From Alphaproteobacteria bacterium (lineage in GTDB: Bacteria > Pseudomonadota > Alphaproteobacteria > Sphingomonadales > Sphingomonadaceae): a stretch of 64,000 bases of DNA. Location: positions 1,326-65,325 of the forward strand of contig JAUIFP010000005.1 in the NCBI GenBank assembly GCA_030430365.1, read 5' to 3'. Positions 9,894-20,207 of the stretch are shown here, piece by piece. Positions within the stretch are counted from its first letter, which is position 1. Each line of letters begins with the position of its first letter. The notes below the pieces were generated by a model that saw only the letters and a list, made by a program, of their open reading frames with translations, did not search any database and had not been told where the DNA came from. A program made the translations under genes and the position numbers.

Positions 9894-10793
9894 ATGGCCA
9901 CAAGTGTTTCTCCAACTCCCGAGCAGATCGTCGCAGAGCTCGTTCTGTTGCTCAATCTTGAACCTCGGGGGGACAACCGTTTCATCGGCAGACGCAAGCA
10001 GGGCGGCATCGGCCGCGTCTTCGGCGGGCAAGCGATTGCCCAGGCGCTGGGCGCTGCGGAAAGCACGGTTGACGACGACCGCCAGCCCCATTCTCTGCAT
10101 GCCTATTTCCTGCGCGGCGGAAGCGAAGACAGCCCGATCGAATATATGGTCCGGCGCGATTTCGACGGCGGCAGTTTTTCCAACCGCCGGGTGATCGCCA
10201 GCCAGGACGGCTTGCCGATCCTCAACCTCACCGCATCGTTCCAGCGCCGGCAGGAAGGCTATGAGCATCAATATGCCATCATGCCGGACGTGCCGCCGCC
10301 CGAAGAGCTGATATCGCATCAGCAATTGCGGCACGTCTCCGCCGAAAAGGCGACGGAAACCCTGCGCGCCGCGCTGCAGCGCCCCTTGCCGATAGACATT
10401 CGCCAGGTCGAAACCCGCGACTGGTACGATCCGAAAAAGCGCGAGCCACTGGCCCATTGCTGGTTCCGCACGGTGGCTCCGCTGCCCGACGATCCGCGCG
10501 TCCATCGCTCCGTGCTGTCCTATGCCAGCGACTTCCAGCTGCTTTCCACCAGCGCCCTGCCCCACGGCGTAAGCTGGCAGCGCGGCGATATCCGCGTCGC
10601 CAGCCTGGATCACGCGATCTGGTTCCATGAACCCTTCCGGGCCGACCAATGGCTGCTCTACGTCACGGAAAGTCCCTGGGCAGGCAATGCACGCGGTTTC
10701 AACCGCGGGCAGATCTTCACCCGCGATGGCCGCCTCGTGGCCAGCGTGGCCCAGGAAGGCATGCTGCGCCCCGTCAAGCGCAGCAAGAGCTGA
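9894..10793 (+). CDS. tesB: Acyl-CoA thioesterase II
   Basis: RVFGGQAIAQAL, HSLHAYFLRGG, YASD, ASLDHAIWFH, VASVAQEG. Confidence 0.92.
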   Translation: MATSVSPTPEQIVAELVLLLNLEPRGDNRFIGRRKQGGIGRVFGGQAIAQALGAAESTVDDDRQPHSLHAYFLRGGSEDSPIEYMVRRDFDGGSFSNRRVIASQDGLPILNLTASFQRRQEGYEHQYAIMPDVPPPEELISHQQLRHVSAEKATETLRAALQRPLPIDIRQVETRDWYDPKKREPLAHCWFRTVAPLPDDPRVHRSVLSYASDFQLLSTSALPHGVSWQRGDIRVASLDHAIWFHEPFRADQWLLYVTESPWAGNARGFNRGQIFTRDGRLVASVAQEGMLRPVKRSKS

Positions 10794-10796
10794 AGC

Positions 10797-11462
10797 CTAA
10801 GGCGCCAGAACTCCGCTTTCGGTCGCCACGCAGTCCATCGCGATATCGTGCGGCTGCGGATGGATCGTGGGCATCGCCTGCATGGCATATCCCACGCCGA
10901 ACAGCCGGGCGCGATGCGGCTGCATGGCGGCCAGCGTCCGGTCGAAGAACCCGCCGCCATATCCCAGGCGGTAGCATTGCGGATCGAAGCCCACGACCGG
11001 CGCGATCACCACATCGGGCATGACCTCTGCGCCATCGGCGGGAATGGGAATGTTCCAGATGCCGCGTTCGATCCGGTCGCCCGATTGCCATAGCCGGAAT
11101 ACCAGCGGCTGGGCCTTGGCCTCCACCACCGGCAGGGCAGTCCGCGCGCCCTGCCTGGCGAGCTTGCCCAGCAAAGGCTTGAGCTCCGGCTCCCCGCGAA
11201 ACGGCCAATAGGCACTGATCACCAGACCCGCTGGATCGCCGATGGCCGCTTCCAGATGCGCAGCGATCCGTTCACTCATCGCCAGGCGCTCCCGCGCCGG
11301 AATGGCGAGACGCTCATCGATCAGGCGTTCACGCTCCGCCTTGCGCCATGCGGCAATGTCCTCCGGCTGGCGCGGCGCGGTTCCGGCAAAGGCCGGATCG
11401 AGCTCATGCAGCGAGCATGGCGGCGATGCGAACTCGCCGCTCTCCTTATCCTCTCCACCCAT
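10797..11462 (-). CDS. 5-formyltetrahydrofolate cyclo-ligase family protein
   Basis: SAYWPFRGEP, PVVGFD...YRLGYGGGFFDRTL, PQPHDIAMD. Confidence 0.9.
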   Translation of the reverse strand: MGGEDKESGEFASPPCSLHELDPAFAGTAPRQPEDIAAWRKAERERLIDERLAIPARERLAMSERIAAHLEAAIGDPAGLVISAYWPFRGEPELKPLLGKLARQGARTALPVVEAKAQPLVFRLWQSGDRIERGIWNIPIPADGAEVMPDVVIAPVVGFDPQCYRLGYGGGFFDRTLAAMQPHRARLFGVGYAMQAMPTIHPQPHDIAMDCVATESGVLAP

Positions 11463-11471
11463 TTTCTTCTC

Positions 11472-13412
11472 CTATCCGCCGGGATGGTAGAAGTCGTATA
11501 TCGTTTGCGCCACCGCCTTGCTTACCCCCGGCGCGCGCTGCAGATCGTCCAGCGATGCCGCTCGCACCTTTCCAGCAGTTCCGAAGTGAAGCAGCAAGGC
11601 GCGTTTCCTTGCCGGGCCGATACCCGGAATTTCGTCCAGCGGAGAGGCGCTGATCGCGCGGCTGCGCTTGGCCCGGTGCGCACCGATGGCAAAGCGGTGA
11701 ACTTCATCCCGCAGGGTCTGGAGATAGAACAGCAGCGGCGAATTGACCGGCAGCGTCTTTTCCCGGCCATCGGGGAAATGGAAAACCTCGCGCCCTTCGC
11801 GGCCGTGATGCGGCCCCTTGGCGATGCCGATCAGCGGCACATCCTCGATCCCCAATTCTTCCAGCGTATCGCGGACGGAGGACATCTGCCCCTTCCCCCC
11901 GTCGATCAGGACCAGATCGGGCCACATGCCTCCTTCGCGGTCCGGATCCTCTTCCAGCGCGCGGGAAAAGCGCCGCGTCATCACTTCGCGCATCATGCCG
12001 AAATCGTCATTGGTTTGCGCGGTCTTGATGTTGAATTTGCGGTACTGGTTCTTCACGAAGCCTTCCGGCCCGGCGACAACCATCGCCCCCACCGCCTTCG
12101 TGCCCTGGATATGGCTGTTGTCGTAGATCTCGATCCGCTGCGGCGGTTCGGAAAGTTCCAGGAACTCGGCCAGTTCGCGCATGATCTTCGCCTTGGTGCC
12201 GCTTTCCGCCAGCCGCCGGTCCAGCGCTTCGGCAGCATTGCGCCGCGCCTGCTCCACCAGCCGCCGCCGGTCGCCGCGCTGGGGCACCGATATCTCCACC
12301 TTGTGCCCGCCAATCTCTGCCAGTGCCTCGCTCAGCAAGGCGGCATCGGGAAGCTCCCGGTCGACCAGCACCAGCCGCGGAGGGGGCACTTCCTCATAGA
12401 ACTGGGCCAACACGCCCGAAAGCACGGCCTCGGGCTCCACGCCCTCCGTATGGGTCGGGAAGAAGGCCCGGTGGCCCCAGTTCTGGCCGCCGCGCACGAA
12501 GAAGGCCTGGATGCCGATCTGCCCGCCTTTCGTGGCCAGCGCGAAGATATCGGCATCCCCCACGCCCGACGCATTGATCGCCTGGCTACCCTGAATGAAC
12601 GTCGCCGCGCGCAATCGGTCGCGCAGCATGGCCGCGCTTTCGAAATCGAGCGCCTCGGACGCCTCGCGCATCTGCGCCTCGATCTCCTGCTGGACCGAAG
12701 TGGACTTGCCGCCAAGGAAGTCCTTCGCCTGGCGCACCAGCTCGGCATAGCCATCCTTGTCGATCCGCCCGACACAGGGCGCGGAGCAGCGCTTGATCTG
12801 ATAGAGCAGGCAGGGCCGGTCCCGCCTCTCGAAATAGCTGTCGCTGCAGGATCTCAGCAGAAACAGCTTCTGCAGCGCATTGATCGTGGTGTTCACGCTG
12901 CCGGCACTGGCGAAGGGCCCGTAATAGTTGCCCTTGGCCTTGCGCGCGCCGCGATGCTTCATGATGCGCGGGAAATCGTTGTCGGCGCGAAGCAGGATGA
13001 AGGGGAAGCTCTTGTCGTCGCGCAGCAGCACGTTGAATGCCGGGCGGTATCGCTTGATCAGCTGCGCTTCCAGCAGCAGCGCCTCGGCTTCCGAATTGGT
13101 GGTGACGATTTCCATGCTGCGCGTCTGCGCCACCATCCGCTGCAGGCGCAGCGGCAGCCGTTCCACCTGCGTGTAATTGGCAACGCGGTTCTTCAATGCC
13201 CGCGCCTTGCCGACATACAGCACGTCACCGCGTGCATCGCACATCCGGTAAACCCCGGGATGCGGCTTCAGCGTCTTCACAGTTTCGCGGATCGCCTTCA
13301 CCCCGGCCTCCAGATCGGGCTGGGCCGACTTCACCACATAGGTCGCGCGCTCCTCATGGAAGCGTTCGGCGCCTTTGGGATGAGGCGGAGATCCTGCAGG
13401 TGTGCGGGCCAT
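11472..13412 (-). CDS. uvrC: Excinuclease ABC subunit C
   Basis: GIY-YIG PGVYRM...LYVGKA, RIEIYDNSH, LIDGGKGQ, RDEVHRFA, HhH IPGIGP. Confidence 0.97.
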   Translation of the reverse strand: MARTPAGSPPHPKGAERFHEERATYVVKSAQPDLEAGVKAIRETVKTLKPHPGVYRMCDARGDVLYVGKARALKNRVANYTQVERLPLRLQRMVAQTRSMEIVTTNSEAEALLLEAQLIKRYRPAFNVLLRDDKSFPFILLRADNDFPRIMKHRGARKAKGNYYGPFASAGSVNTTINALQKLFLLRSCSDSYFERRDRPCLLYQIKRCSAPCVGRIDKDGYAELVRQAKDFLGGKSTSVQQEIEAQMREASEALDFESAAMLRDRLRAATFIQGSQAINASGVGDADIFALATKGGQIGIQAFFVRGGQNWGHRAFFPTHTEGVEPEAVLSGVLAQFYEEVPPPRLVLVDRELPDAALLSEALAEIGGHKVEISVPQRGDRRRLVEQARRNAAEALDRRLAESGTKAKIMRELAEFLELSEPPQRIEIYDNSHIQGTKAVGAMVVAGPEGFVKNQYRKFNIKTAQTNDDFGMMREVMTRRFSRALEEDPDREGGMWPDLVLIDGGKGQMSSVRDTLEELGIEDVPLIGIAKGPHHGREGREVFHFPDGREKTLPVNSPLLFYLQTLRDEVHRFAIGAHRAKRSRAISASPLDEIPGIGPARKRALLLHFGTAGKVRAASLDDLQRAPGVSKAVAQTIYDFYHPGG

Positions 13413-13469
13413 GCTGGACAGATAGGCGCAGCATGGCCCCGCGTCACCCCGCAGGATGGTTCCTTCGCG

Positions 13470-15926
13470 TTAGAACAGCTTGCGCAGCTCTATGCCGATA
13501 TAGCGCCCGGTCGGATCGACCAGATAAGGCTGATAGCTCAGCGGAACGTCGCCGTTCTGATCGGTCACCGTGCTGCGCGCATCGAACACATTGTCCACCC
13601 GGAAGGAGATGCGCGTTCCATCCAGGAACGGCGCCTTCTCGACCAGCGATTCCTGCCTGCCCAGATCGACGAAAACGCGCAGATCGAAGGCCGCATAGCC
13701 GCCGAAGTTCAGATCGCTGCTGCCTGGCTGGCCGCTGCCGTCCACGCGGCTGGATCCGGTATAGACCATCGAAAGCCGCAGGCCCTTGCCGCCCTTGAAC
13801 ATGCCGGCTTCCAGCTCCGCCGAATGGCGCGGTGTGCCGCTGCTGTTCAGCGCATCGCCGTCCAGCAGGTCCAGCTCGGGCACGCCGGGGGTGATCAGGG
13901 CCGTATTGTCGAGCTCCAGCGTGTAGCTGAGGTTGGAGAACCAGCGCCCGGTATCGTTGCCGCCTCCGCGCCCGAAGCGCGGGGTACGCGGCTGAGACGA
14001 ACGCTCGCCGCCCCTGCCCTCCTGCGCAGACGCACTGCCCAGCGAACCGGAGAGATTGAGCCCGAATTTGAGGCGCGAGGAATCTTGCCGGGCGATCGCA
14101 ATCGGCCGCTGATCGATGGCCACCAGCTGGCCGCCGGCATCGCGCGTCACCCTGTCCGGGAAGGCCGCTTCGATCGCCGGGGTCAGCAGTGGGAAGGACA
14201 GCGACACATCGTCGGAGCGGTTCTTGAAATACTCCACCATGATGTTGGAGCGTTCCAGGATCGGCAGGTCCCACATCAAGGCCAGGCGGATGTCGCGCTG
14301 CTTCTGCGCCGGAAGGAAGGGATTGCCGCCGCTGGTCGTCGTCACCAGCACGCTTTCGCCGGTCGCAAGGTCATATACCGGCACATTCAGCCTCACCACT
14401 TCGGGGCTGCCGAGCTGTGCCAGTGTGGGCGCCGCGTCACGCTCGATATAGCTGCCCTGCAGGCTGAGCTTTTCCGTCACGCCCCATACCGCGCCGACCG
14501 TCCAGTCCGTAAGCGTTCCGAAGTCCGAAAGGTGGTCTACGCCTGCGCTGAAATTGAGGCTGAAGTCGCCCATCCATGCCCAGGCATCGTCGCGCCTGCT
14601 GGCGATGGGCACGCCCAGATTGACGCCTGCGGACAGATCGCCCCGCGTCAGGCTGGTTTCCACCCCGGGATTGCGCGTGTCGTCGGTTTCGATCCTGTCC
14701 CAGCTATAGCCCGCATCGGCCGTAACCGTCAGCGCGCCTGCCGGAAGATAAGCCGGCGCACCGATCAATGTGACCAGGGTCGAGGCGCTGTCGCTGGTGG
14801 AATTGGCAACGTCGTATCCGGCGGAGGCCACAGCGGGCAGATCGGCGTCGATCGCCAGGTCGCCGGCTGCCGCGGCGGCAACCAGATCCGATGTGTCGGC
14901 CCTGCGATCAATCTCGCTCTTGGAATCCGACCGGCTGGCATCCAGCGTGGCAGTCAGCTGCCAATCGCCCAGCGGCGCGTTGATCGCGCTGCCCAGCGAA
15001 TAGGTCGTCGTCCGGCTGCGGCGCTCCAGCGGATCGTCCGCGCCGAAGCTGCGCAGCAGACTATCCCCATCGGGATTGGTCAGTTCCACCATGTTGAGGC
15101 CGGAAAGCGAACGCGTATCGCCGCGTTCCACCGTGCCGCTCAGGCTCAAAGTGCTGCCGCCCTCGCCCAGCTGTGTGCTCCAATTGCCCGTTAGTTCCAG
15201 ATCGGTGGAATCCGCCACAAGGCTGCGATAGGCCGCCGGATCGGGGTCCGTCGCCAGGCCGGGAATGCTGTCTGCCGATTGCTGCACGCCGCGTTCTGCT
15301 TCGGTGAGCATGCTGGAATCGTTCCATTCCAGGTTGAGATTGAGGCGGCTCGCGCCATTGATCCTGAGATAGGTGAGTTCCGCTTCCTTGTCGGAATAGC
15401 CGCCTTCCCAGGGCTGATCGTATTCCAGTTCGACTTCGCTGCTGGAGAAATTGTCCTTGAGGATGAAGTTGACCACGCGCTGATCGGCGGAGAACCCGTA
15501 TTTGAGCGCCGTCTCTTCCGGAAGCACCTCCACCCGGCGGATGGATTCCGGCGGGTAGGACCGCATTTCGCGGAAGCTGGAAACGCGCATGCCGTTGACC
15601 AGGAAAACCGGGCGTCCGCCGCCGCGCGCCCGGCCCGATCCGGTCTGGGGCGCAAGCTGTTCCACCAGATCGGCGATCGAACTCGCTCCGTATGCGGCGA
15701 TCTCCGCCTCGTCGAGCACCAGAATCGGCGGCTGATCGCTATCGACCTGGCCGCGCAGCCTTTCTGCGATGACCAGGATCTCGTTCGCTTCGGCGCCTGC
15801 AGTATCGTCTGCATAGGCGGGATCGGATACATCCTGTGCATAGGCAGGGCTTACCGCAAGCGTGGCCGCGGCAAGCGAAAGACAGGACAAGGTGCGGAGC
15901 AATGGGGGTTTCATGGGGTGTTTCAT
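13470..15926 (-). CDS. TonB-dependent receptor-like outer membrane protein
   Basis: Signal peptide, EILVIAERLRG plug start, IRRVEVLPEE, beta-strand pattern, C-terminal GRYIGIELRKLF. Confidence 0.85.
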   Translation of the reverse strand: MKHPMKPPLLRTLSCLSLAAATLAVSPAYAQDVSDPAYADDTAGAEANEILVIAERLRGQVDSDQPPILVLDEAEIAAYGASSIADLVEQLAPQTGSGRARGGGRPVFLVNGMRVSSFREMRSYPPESIRRVEVLPEETALKYGFSADQRVVNFILKDNFSSSEVELEYDQPWEGGYSDKEAELTYLRINGASRLNLNLEWNDSSMLTEAERGVQQSADSIPGLATDPDPAAYRSLVADSTDLELTGNWSTQLGEGGSTLSLSGTVERGDTRSLSGLNMVELTNPDGDSLLRSFGADDPLERRSRTTTYSLGSAINAPLGDWQLTATLDASRSDSKSEIDRRADTSDLVAAAAAGDLAIDADLPAVASAGYDVANSTSDSASTLVTLIGAPAYLPAGALTVTADAGYSWDRIETDDTRNPGVETSLTRGDLSAGVNLGVPIASRRDDAWAWMGDFSLNFSAGVDHLSDFGTLTDWTVGAVWGVTEKLSLQGSYIERDAAPTLAQLGSPEVVRLNVPVYDLATGESVLVTTTSGGNPFLPAQKQRDIRLALMWDLPILERSNIMVEYFKNRSDDVSLSFPLLTPAIEAAFPDRVTRDAGGQLVAIDQRPIAIARQDSSRLKFGLNLSGSLGSASAQEGRGGERSSQPRTPRFGRGGGNDTGRWFSNLSYTLELDNTALITPGVPELDLLDGDALNSSGTPRHSAELEAGMFKGGKGLRLSMVYTGSSRVDGSGQPGSSDLNFGGYAAFDLRVFVDLGRQESLVEKAPFLDGTRISFRVDNVFDARSTVTDQNGDVPLSYQPYLVDPTGRYIGIELRKLF

Positions 15927-16097
15927 GCCTCTGGACTATGAGGCGGGCGGCACCCTTCTCAAGTAAGATAGTGTAACAAAACGTCGCGGGTGCATGAACC
16001 TGCGACAACCGCGATTCGCAGCAAAGCCTTCCCTTTTTCCCCTCCCGAGGCTATGCGGCGCGCCATGTTGAACAACTCGAACAGGTTTTGAGCATAT

Positions 16098-16343
16098 ATG
16101 GCGAAAGAAGAACTCCTCGAAATGCGCGGCAGGGTGGTGGAATTGCTGCCTAACGCGATGTTCCGGGTTGAGCTTGAAAACGGCCATGAAATCCTAGGCC
16201 ACACGGCCGGGAAAATGCGCAAGAACCGCATCCGCGTGCTTGTGGGTGACGAAGTGCTCGTCGAACTGACGCCTTACGATCTCACCAAGGGACGCATCAC
16301 CTACCGCTTCATGCCCGGCCGGGGCGGTCCCGGCCCGCAGTAA
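16098..16343 (+). CDS. infA: Translation initiation factor IF-1
   Basis: [30 protein letters not shown]...[11 protein letters not shown]...PYDLTKGRI. Confidence 0.98.
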   Translation: MAKEELLEMRGRVVELLPNAMFRVELENGHEILGHTAGKMRKNRIRVLVGDEVLVELTPYDLTKGRITYRFMPGRGGPGPQ

Positions 16344-16352
16344 GGCAGGCGC

Positions 16353-16928
16353 TTGCACGCGCGCCGGCTCACCCTCGCCTCGGCCAGCCCGAGGCGCCGC
16401 GACCTGATCGCGCGGCTTGGGATAGAGCCCGACACTATTGCCGCAGCCGATATCGACGAGACACCGCTCAAGGGTGAACTGCCGCCTGTATATGCCGCGC
16501 GCATGGCCCGCGAGAAGGCAGAGGCGGCTGCCGATCCCGGGGCCTATGTCCTTGCCGGAGACACGGTGGTCGCCTGCGGACGCCGGATATTGCCCAAGGC
16601 CGAAGATGAAGAGACCGCGCGGACCTGTCTGGAGCTGCTCTCTGGCCGCCGCCACCGCGTGCACTCGGCAGTCGCGCTTCGGGCACCGGACGGCGCACTG
16701 TCGGAGCGTCTCTGCGTAACTTCCGTGCGCTTCAAGCGCCTCTCCGCCGAAGAGATCGGCGCCTATCTCGCCAGCGACGAATGGCACGGCAAGGCTGGCG
16801 GTTACGCCATACAGGGCGCTGCCGAAGGGCTGATCGCCTGGATTTCCGGCAGCCATTCCGGCGTTGTCGGCCTCCCGCTGTTTGAAACGCGGGCGCTGCT
16901 CAAATCCGCGGGCTTCGCGATTGGCTGA
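16353..16928 (+). CDS. maf: Maf family nucleotide pyrophosphatase
   Basis: LASASPRR, DIDETP, GDTVV, GKAGGYAIQG, GVVGLP. Confidence 0.93.
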   Translation: MHARRLTLASASPRRRDLIARLGIEPDTIAAADIDETPLKGELPPVYAARMAREKAEAAADPGAYVLAGDTVVACGRRILPKAEDEETARTCLELLSGRRHRVHSAVALRAPDGALSERLCVTSVRFKRLSAEEIGAYLASDEWHGKAGGYAIQGAAEGLIAWISGSHSGVVGLPLFETRALLKSAGFAIG

Positions 16929-17910
16929 GGCAATCGACAACACCTGGTATGTCGAAGACGGGATCGGTGAGAGCCGCGCCGTCCTGCTCAAAGGGGGAGA
17001 GATCGCCGCCGCCCGCATCCACTGGCCAGGCAAGCTTGCCGCAGGGCAAGTGGAAGATGCCCGGCTTGTCTCCCGCAAAACCGGCAGCTCCAGGGGAACG
17101 GCGCGTTTTGCCAGCGGAGAGGAAGCACTGGTCAGCGGCCTTCCCCGCGATGCCAGCGAAGGCGCGGCGCTTCGCCTTCAGGTGACACGCTCGGCAATCG
17201 GCGAAACCGGCCGCCTGAAGCTCGCCCAGGCACGCCCCAGCAAAGAGGCACCACGCCCTGCCCCCATGCTTGCAGAGGCGCTTGAGGCGGAAGGCAGAGT
17301 GGTGAAGCGCGTGAACCGTTTCCCGGATGGCGATTGGGACGAATTGGCAGGCGATGCGTTCTCCGGCGAAATCGCCTTCGATGGCGGTTCGCTGCTTCTC
17401 TCGCCCACACCTGCCATGACGCTGATCGATATTGACGGCACCTTGCCGCCTGCCCAGCTGGCGATTGCTTCCGTACCAGCCATTGCGAAGACGTTGCGGC
17501 GCCTAGACATAGGCGGATCGATAGGCGTCGACTTTCCCACGCTTTCCGACAAGGCGGATCGCCGCGCGGTCGACAATGCGCTCGAACTTTCGCTGGAAGG
17601 CTGGCCGCATGAGCGAACCGCGATGAACGGCTTCGGCTTCGTCCAATTGGTCGCCCGGCTTGAACGCCCTTCGATCCTCCAGCGCCACACCTATAGCCGC
17701 ACCGGTGCCGCTGCCCGGCTGCTGCTTCGCAACGCGGAAAAGGTGAGCGATCCCGGCGCCTTGCTGCTGCGATTCCACCCGGCCCTGAAATCCAAGCTCA
17801 GCGAGGAGTGGCTTGCCGAACTGGCCCGGCGGACCGGCCGGGAAGTTCGCGTGGAAACCGATCCAGCCCTTGCACTCGAAGCCGGCTTCGCGCAGGCCGT
17901 GCCGATATGA
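16921..17910 (+). CDS. Ribonuclease E/G family protein
   Basis: TPAMTLIDIDG and DIGGSIGVDFP catalytic-region motifs; conserved position between maf and yacG. Confidence 0.8.
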   Translation: MAEAIDNTWYVEDGIGESRAVLLKGGEIAAARIHWPGKLAAGQVEDARLVSRKTGSSRGTARFASGEEALVSGLPRDASEGAALRLQVTRSAIGETGRLKLAQARPSKEAPRPAPMLAEALEAEGRVVKRVNRFPDGDWDELAGDAFSGEIAFDGGSLLLSPTPAMTLIDIDGTLPPAQLAIASVPAIAKTLRRLDIGGSIGVDFPTLSDKADRRAVDNALELSLEGWPHERTAMNGFGFVQLVARLERPSILQRHTYSRTGAAARLLLRNAEKVSDPGALLLRFHPALKSKLSEEWLAELARRTGREVRVETDPALALEAGFAQAVPI

Positions 17911-18080
17911 GCACCCAGAGACCGAAGCCCTGCCCGATCTGCAAGAAGCCGAGAAGCGAGGAATTTGCGCCGTTCTGCTCCGCACGCTGCCGCGACCGCG
18001 ACCTCGCCAACTGGTTCAATGACGACTATGCCCTGCCCGGCCCGCCCGCCTCGCCAGACGATGTGGCCAAAGAGGATTGA
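17907..18080 (+). CDS. yacG: DNA gyrase inhibitor YacG
   Basis: CPICKK...PFCSARCRDRDLANW zinc finger. Confidence 0.92.
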   Translation: MSTQRPKPCPICKKPRSEEFAPFCSARCRDRDLANWFNDDYALPGPPASPDDVAKED

Positions 18081-18167
18081 TTCACCCTTGCCAATGCGCG
18101 CCCGCTTCGCCATAGGCGCCCATTCCAACCGCTCGCAGGTCCGTTTTCGGGCCGTCGCCGTAGCGAA

Positions 18168-18243
18168 GCCCAGGTAGCTCAGTTGGTAGAGCATGCGACT
18201 GAAAATCGCAGTGTCGGTGGTTCGATTCCGCCCCTGGGCACCA
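18168..18243 (+). tRNA. tRNA-Phe (GAA)
   Basis: 76 nt cloverleaf GCCCAGG...CCTGGGC-ACCA, D-loop TAGCTCAGTTGGTAGAGC, anticodon arm GCGAC-T-GAA-AA-TCGC, T-loop GGTTCGATTCC. Confidence 0.98.
18219..18243 (+). repeat. attL (3' end of tRNA-Phe)
   Basis: GGTTCGATTCCGCCCCTGGGCACCA, repeated with a 1-nt deletion at 27437-27460. Confidence 0.93.
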
Positions 18244-18419
18244 TTTCTCTCTTCTCCTCCTTTCGCTATCTTTCGAAATTGTGTCTGAGACCGTCAGAAA
18301 GCCTTGAGTTTTATCGTTTCGGTCTTTCATTGTGTTTCGCCTCCAACCGCGTTATTCAGTGGGGAGAAAGGTGGGGACATGGCAACGGCCGAGTTCGATT
18401 TCTGTAGTTCGATTCCGCA

Positions 18420-19589
18420 ATGAGCCGTCTCACGGTCAAGCAGGTCGCTTCCCTGGGACCAGGCCGCCATACGGATGGCGAGTGCCTGATTCTTGACGTG
18501 AAGCCATCAGGTTCTCGCTCATGGATTGCGCGGGTTCACCACAATGGGAAGCGACGCGACATTGGACTTGGTAGCACCAGCCTAGTCACACTCGCCAAAG
18601 CGCGAGACCGTTGCCGGGAGGTTCGCCTGGCTATTGCCGAAGGTCGAGACCCCCTGGACCTATGGAAACCCGCACCGAGCATGACGCGATTGTTCCGCGA
18701 GGTTGCACGCGAGTTCATTCAACAGCGCCAAATGTCGGAAGCCTCCAGAAAGAGAGCGCTCAATCGGCTTGAGACATATGCTTTTCCGCGACTAGGCAAA
18801 CTCCAGCTCCAATCCATCGACGCAGAGGCCATCGCGGAAACCTTGCGCCCCATCTGGACCACAAAGATGGAGACCGCATCGAAAACCCGCGACCTCATCA
18901 TCCGAACGCTGCGCTTCGGTCGCCCCGATGGTGCATTGCTTGAAACGACGCTCGCCAAGGCCATCACTGACCGCCTCCCTGCCCAACCGCGGCGCGGCAA
19001 TTTCGCAGCTCTCCCCTACCAAGATGTGCCGGCATTGATGTCTGAGCTTGCAACAAAGACCACCATGGGAGCCTTGGCACTACAAGCCGTCATCCTGACG
19101 GCGGTGCGGTCTGGCGAGATGCGCGGCGCAACATGGGAAGAGCTGGACCTTGAAGCCGGCATCTGGACCTTGCCCAGTGAGCGCATGAAGATGAAGCGGC
19201 CGCACCGTGTGCCTCTGTCGGCCTCCGCCATTGCGGTGTTTCGCGAGGCAGCAACAATGCCCAATGCCGGCCGGGGACTGGTGTTCCCTGGCAGCACCGG
19301 CAAGCCGCTGTCGAATATGACCCTGACTAAGCTACTTCGCGACCTCAAAATCCCCGCCACGGTACATGGTTTCCGCAGCTCATTTCGCGACTGGGCCGCA
19401 GAACAGACCTCTCTGCCAGGCGAGATTGCTGAGGCGGCGCTTGCTCATGCTGTGCCGGATGCAGTCCAGGCTGCCTACAAGAGAACAGATTTCTTCGACA
19501 AGCGGCGGAAGTTGATGGACGCCTGGGGCAGCTTCTGCACTGGCCGGCAAAATGGTCATGTCGTCAACTTGCGCAAAGGCCGCCGATGA
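18420..19589 (+). CDS. P4-family tyrosine integrase with N-terminal arm-binding domain
   Basis: GRHTDGECLILDVKPSGSRSW...IGLG...TLAKAR; catalytic R (VRSGE), K (MKMKRPH), HGFRSSFRDW, ALAH, AAYKR. Confidence 0.95.
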   Translation: MSRLTVKQVASLGPGRHTDGECLILDVKPSGSRSWIARVHHNGKRRDIGLGSTSLVTLAKARDRCREVRLAIAEGRDPLDLWKPAPSMTRLFREVAREFIQQRQMSEASRKRALNRLETYAFPRLGKLQLQSIDAEAIAETLRPIWTTKMETASKTRDLIIRTLRFGRPDGALLETTLAKAITDRLPAQPRRGNFAALPYQDVPALMSELATKTTMGALALQAVILTAVRSGEMRGATWEELDLEAGIWTLPSERMKMKRPHRVPLSASAIAVFREAATMPNAGRGLVFPGSTGKPLSNMTLTKLLRDLKIPATVHGFRSSFRDWAAEQTSLPGEIAEAALAHAVPDAVQAAYKRTDFFDKRRKLMDAWGSFCTGRQNGHVVNLRKGRR

Positions 19590-20146
19590 TAGAGCGCGCT
19601 GCCGCTTTCGACTGGCTGTCTCGCTGCGAAGAGCAGGCGGAAAGCATAGCTGCTGACGCCAGGCTACCAAAAATCCGTGACGCAATGACAGATGACGCGT
19701 GGCGGGATTGGGTCTCCATGTCGATTAGCTCGCAACACCATCTCGCAACGTTCGCCAACGCTCGCGCTATGATTGACGAAGGCGAGCTGGATGAGGCGGA
19801 ACGGCTTCTTCGCAGTTTCGAGCGAGCGCGTGCCCAATTATCCGAACTGGCCGCGCAATGGGACGCAAATGCGCCGCGCCGCAATGCTGCGCAGAGACGA
19901 GGGCCAAGAACGAGGTGGCCGCAGTTGCTAGCCGACGAACTACGTTCCTCAGGTGGGCGGACAAAAAAGGAAATGTGGCGGCATGTGCCGACAAGCGACC
20001 CCGGCCTGGTGGTGGGACACGATGGCGTAAGTTTTGAGATTATCAGGGAGGATGAAACCCTCCTCTGCACCGATGGCAATGGCCGGAACTTCAGATTGAA
20101 ACGCAGCAGTTTCGAGCGTCATTACCTGAAAAAATCAGACAAGTAG
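19586..20146 (+). CDS. Hypothetical protein of the island
   Basis: 186 aa ORF with ATGA overlap on the integrase stop; no recognised motif. Confidence 0.6.
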   Translation: MIERAAAFDWLSRCEEQAESIAADARLPKIRDAMTDDAWRDWVSMSISSQHHLATFANARAMIDEGELDEAERLLRSFERARAQLSELAAQWDANAPRRNAAQRRGPRTRWPQLLADELRSSGGRTKKEMWRHVPTSDPGLVVGHDGVSFEIIREDETLLCTDGNGRNFRLKRSSFERHYLKKSDK

Positions 20147-20207
20147 CCGCTAACTGTCGTCCACCATGGTTTAGATGCTTCACCGTCTTTCAAAAAAAGG
20201 GACGGAA

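Noticed and set aside
11463-11471. 6S RNA upstream of the 5-formyl-THF cyclo-ligase
   Set aside because: Only 9 bp separate it from uvrC, so there is no room for ssrS here
11256-15194. 1312-aa plus-strand ORF
   Set aside because: Antisense shadow of uvrC and the TonB receptor; long stop-free antisense frames are expected at high GC and it has no recognisable motif
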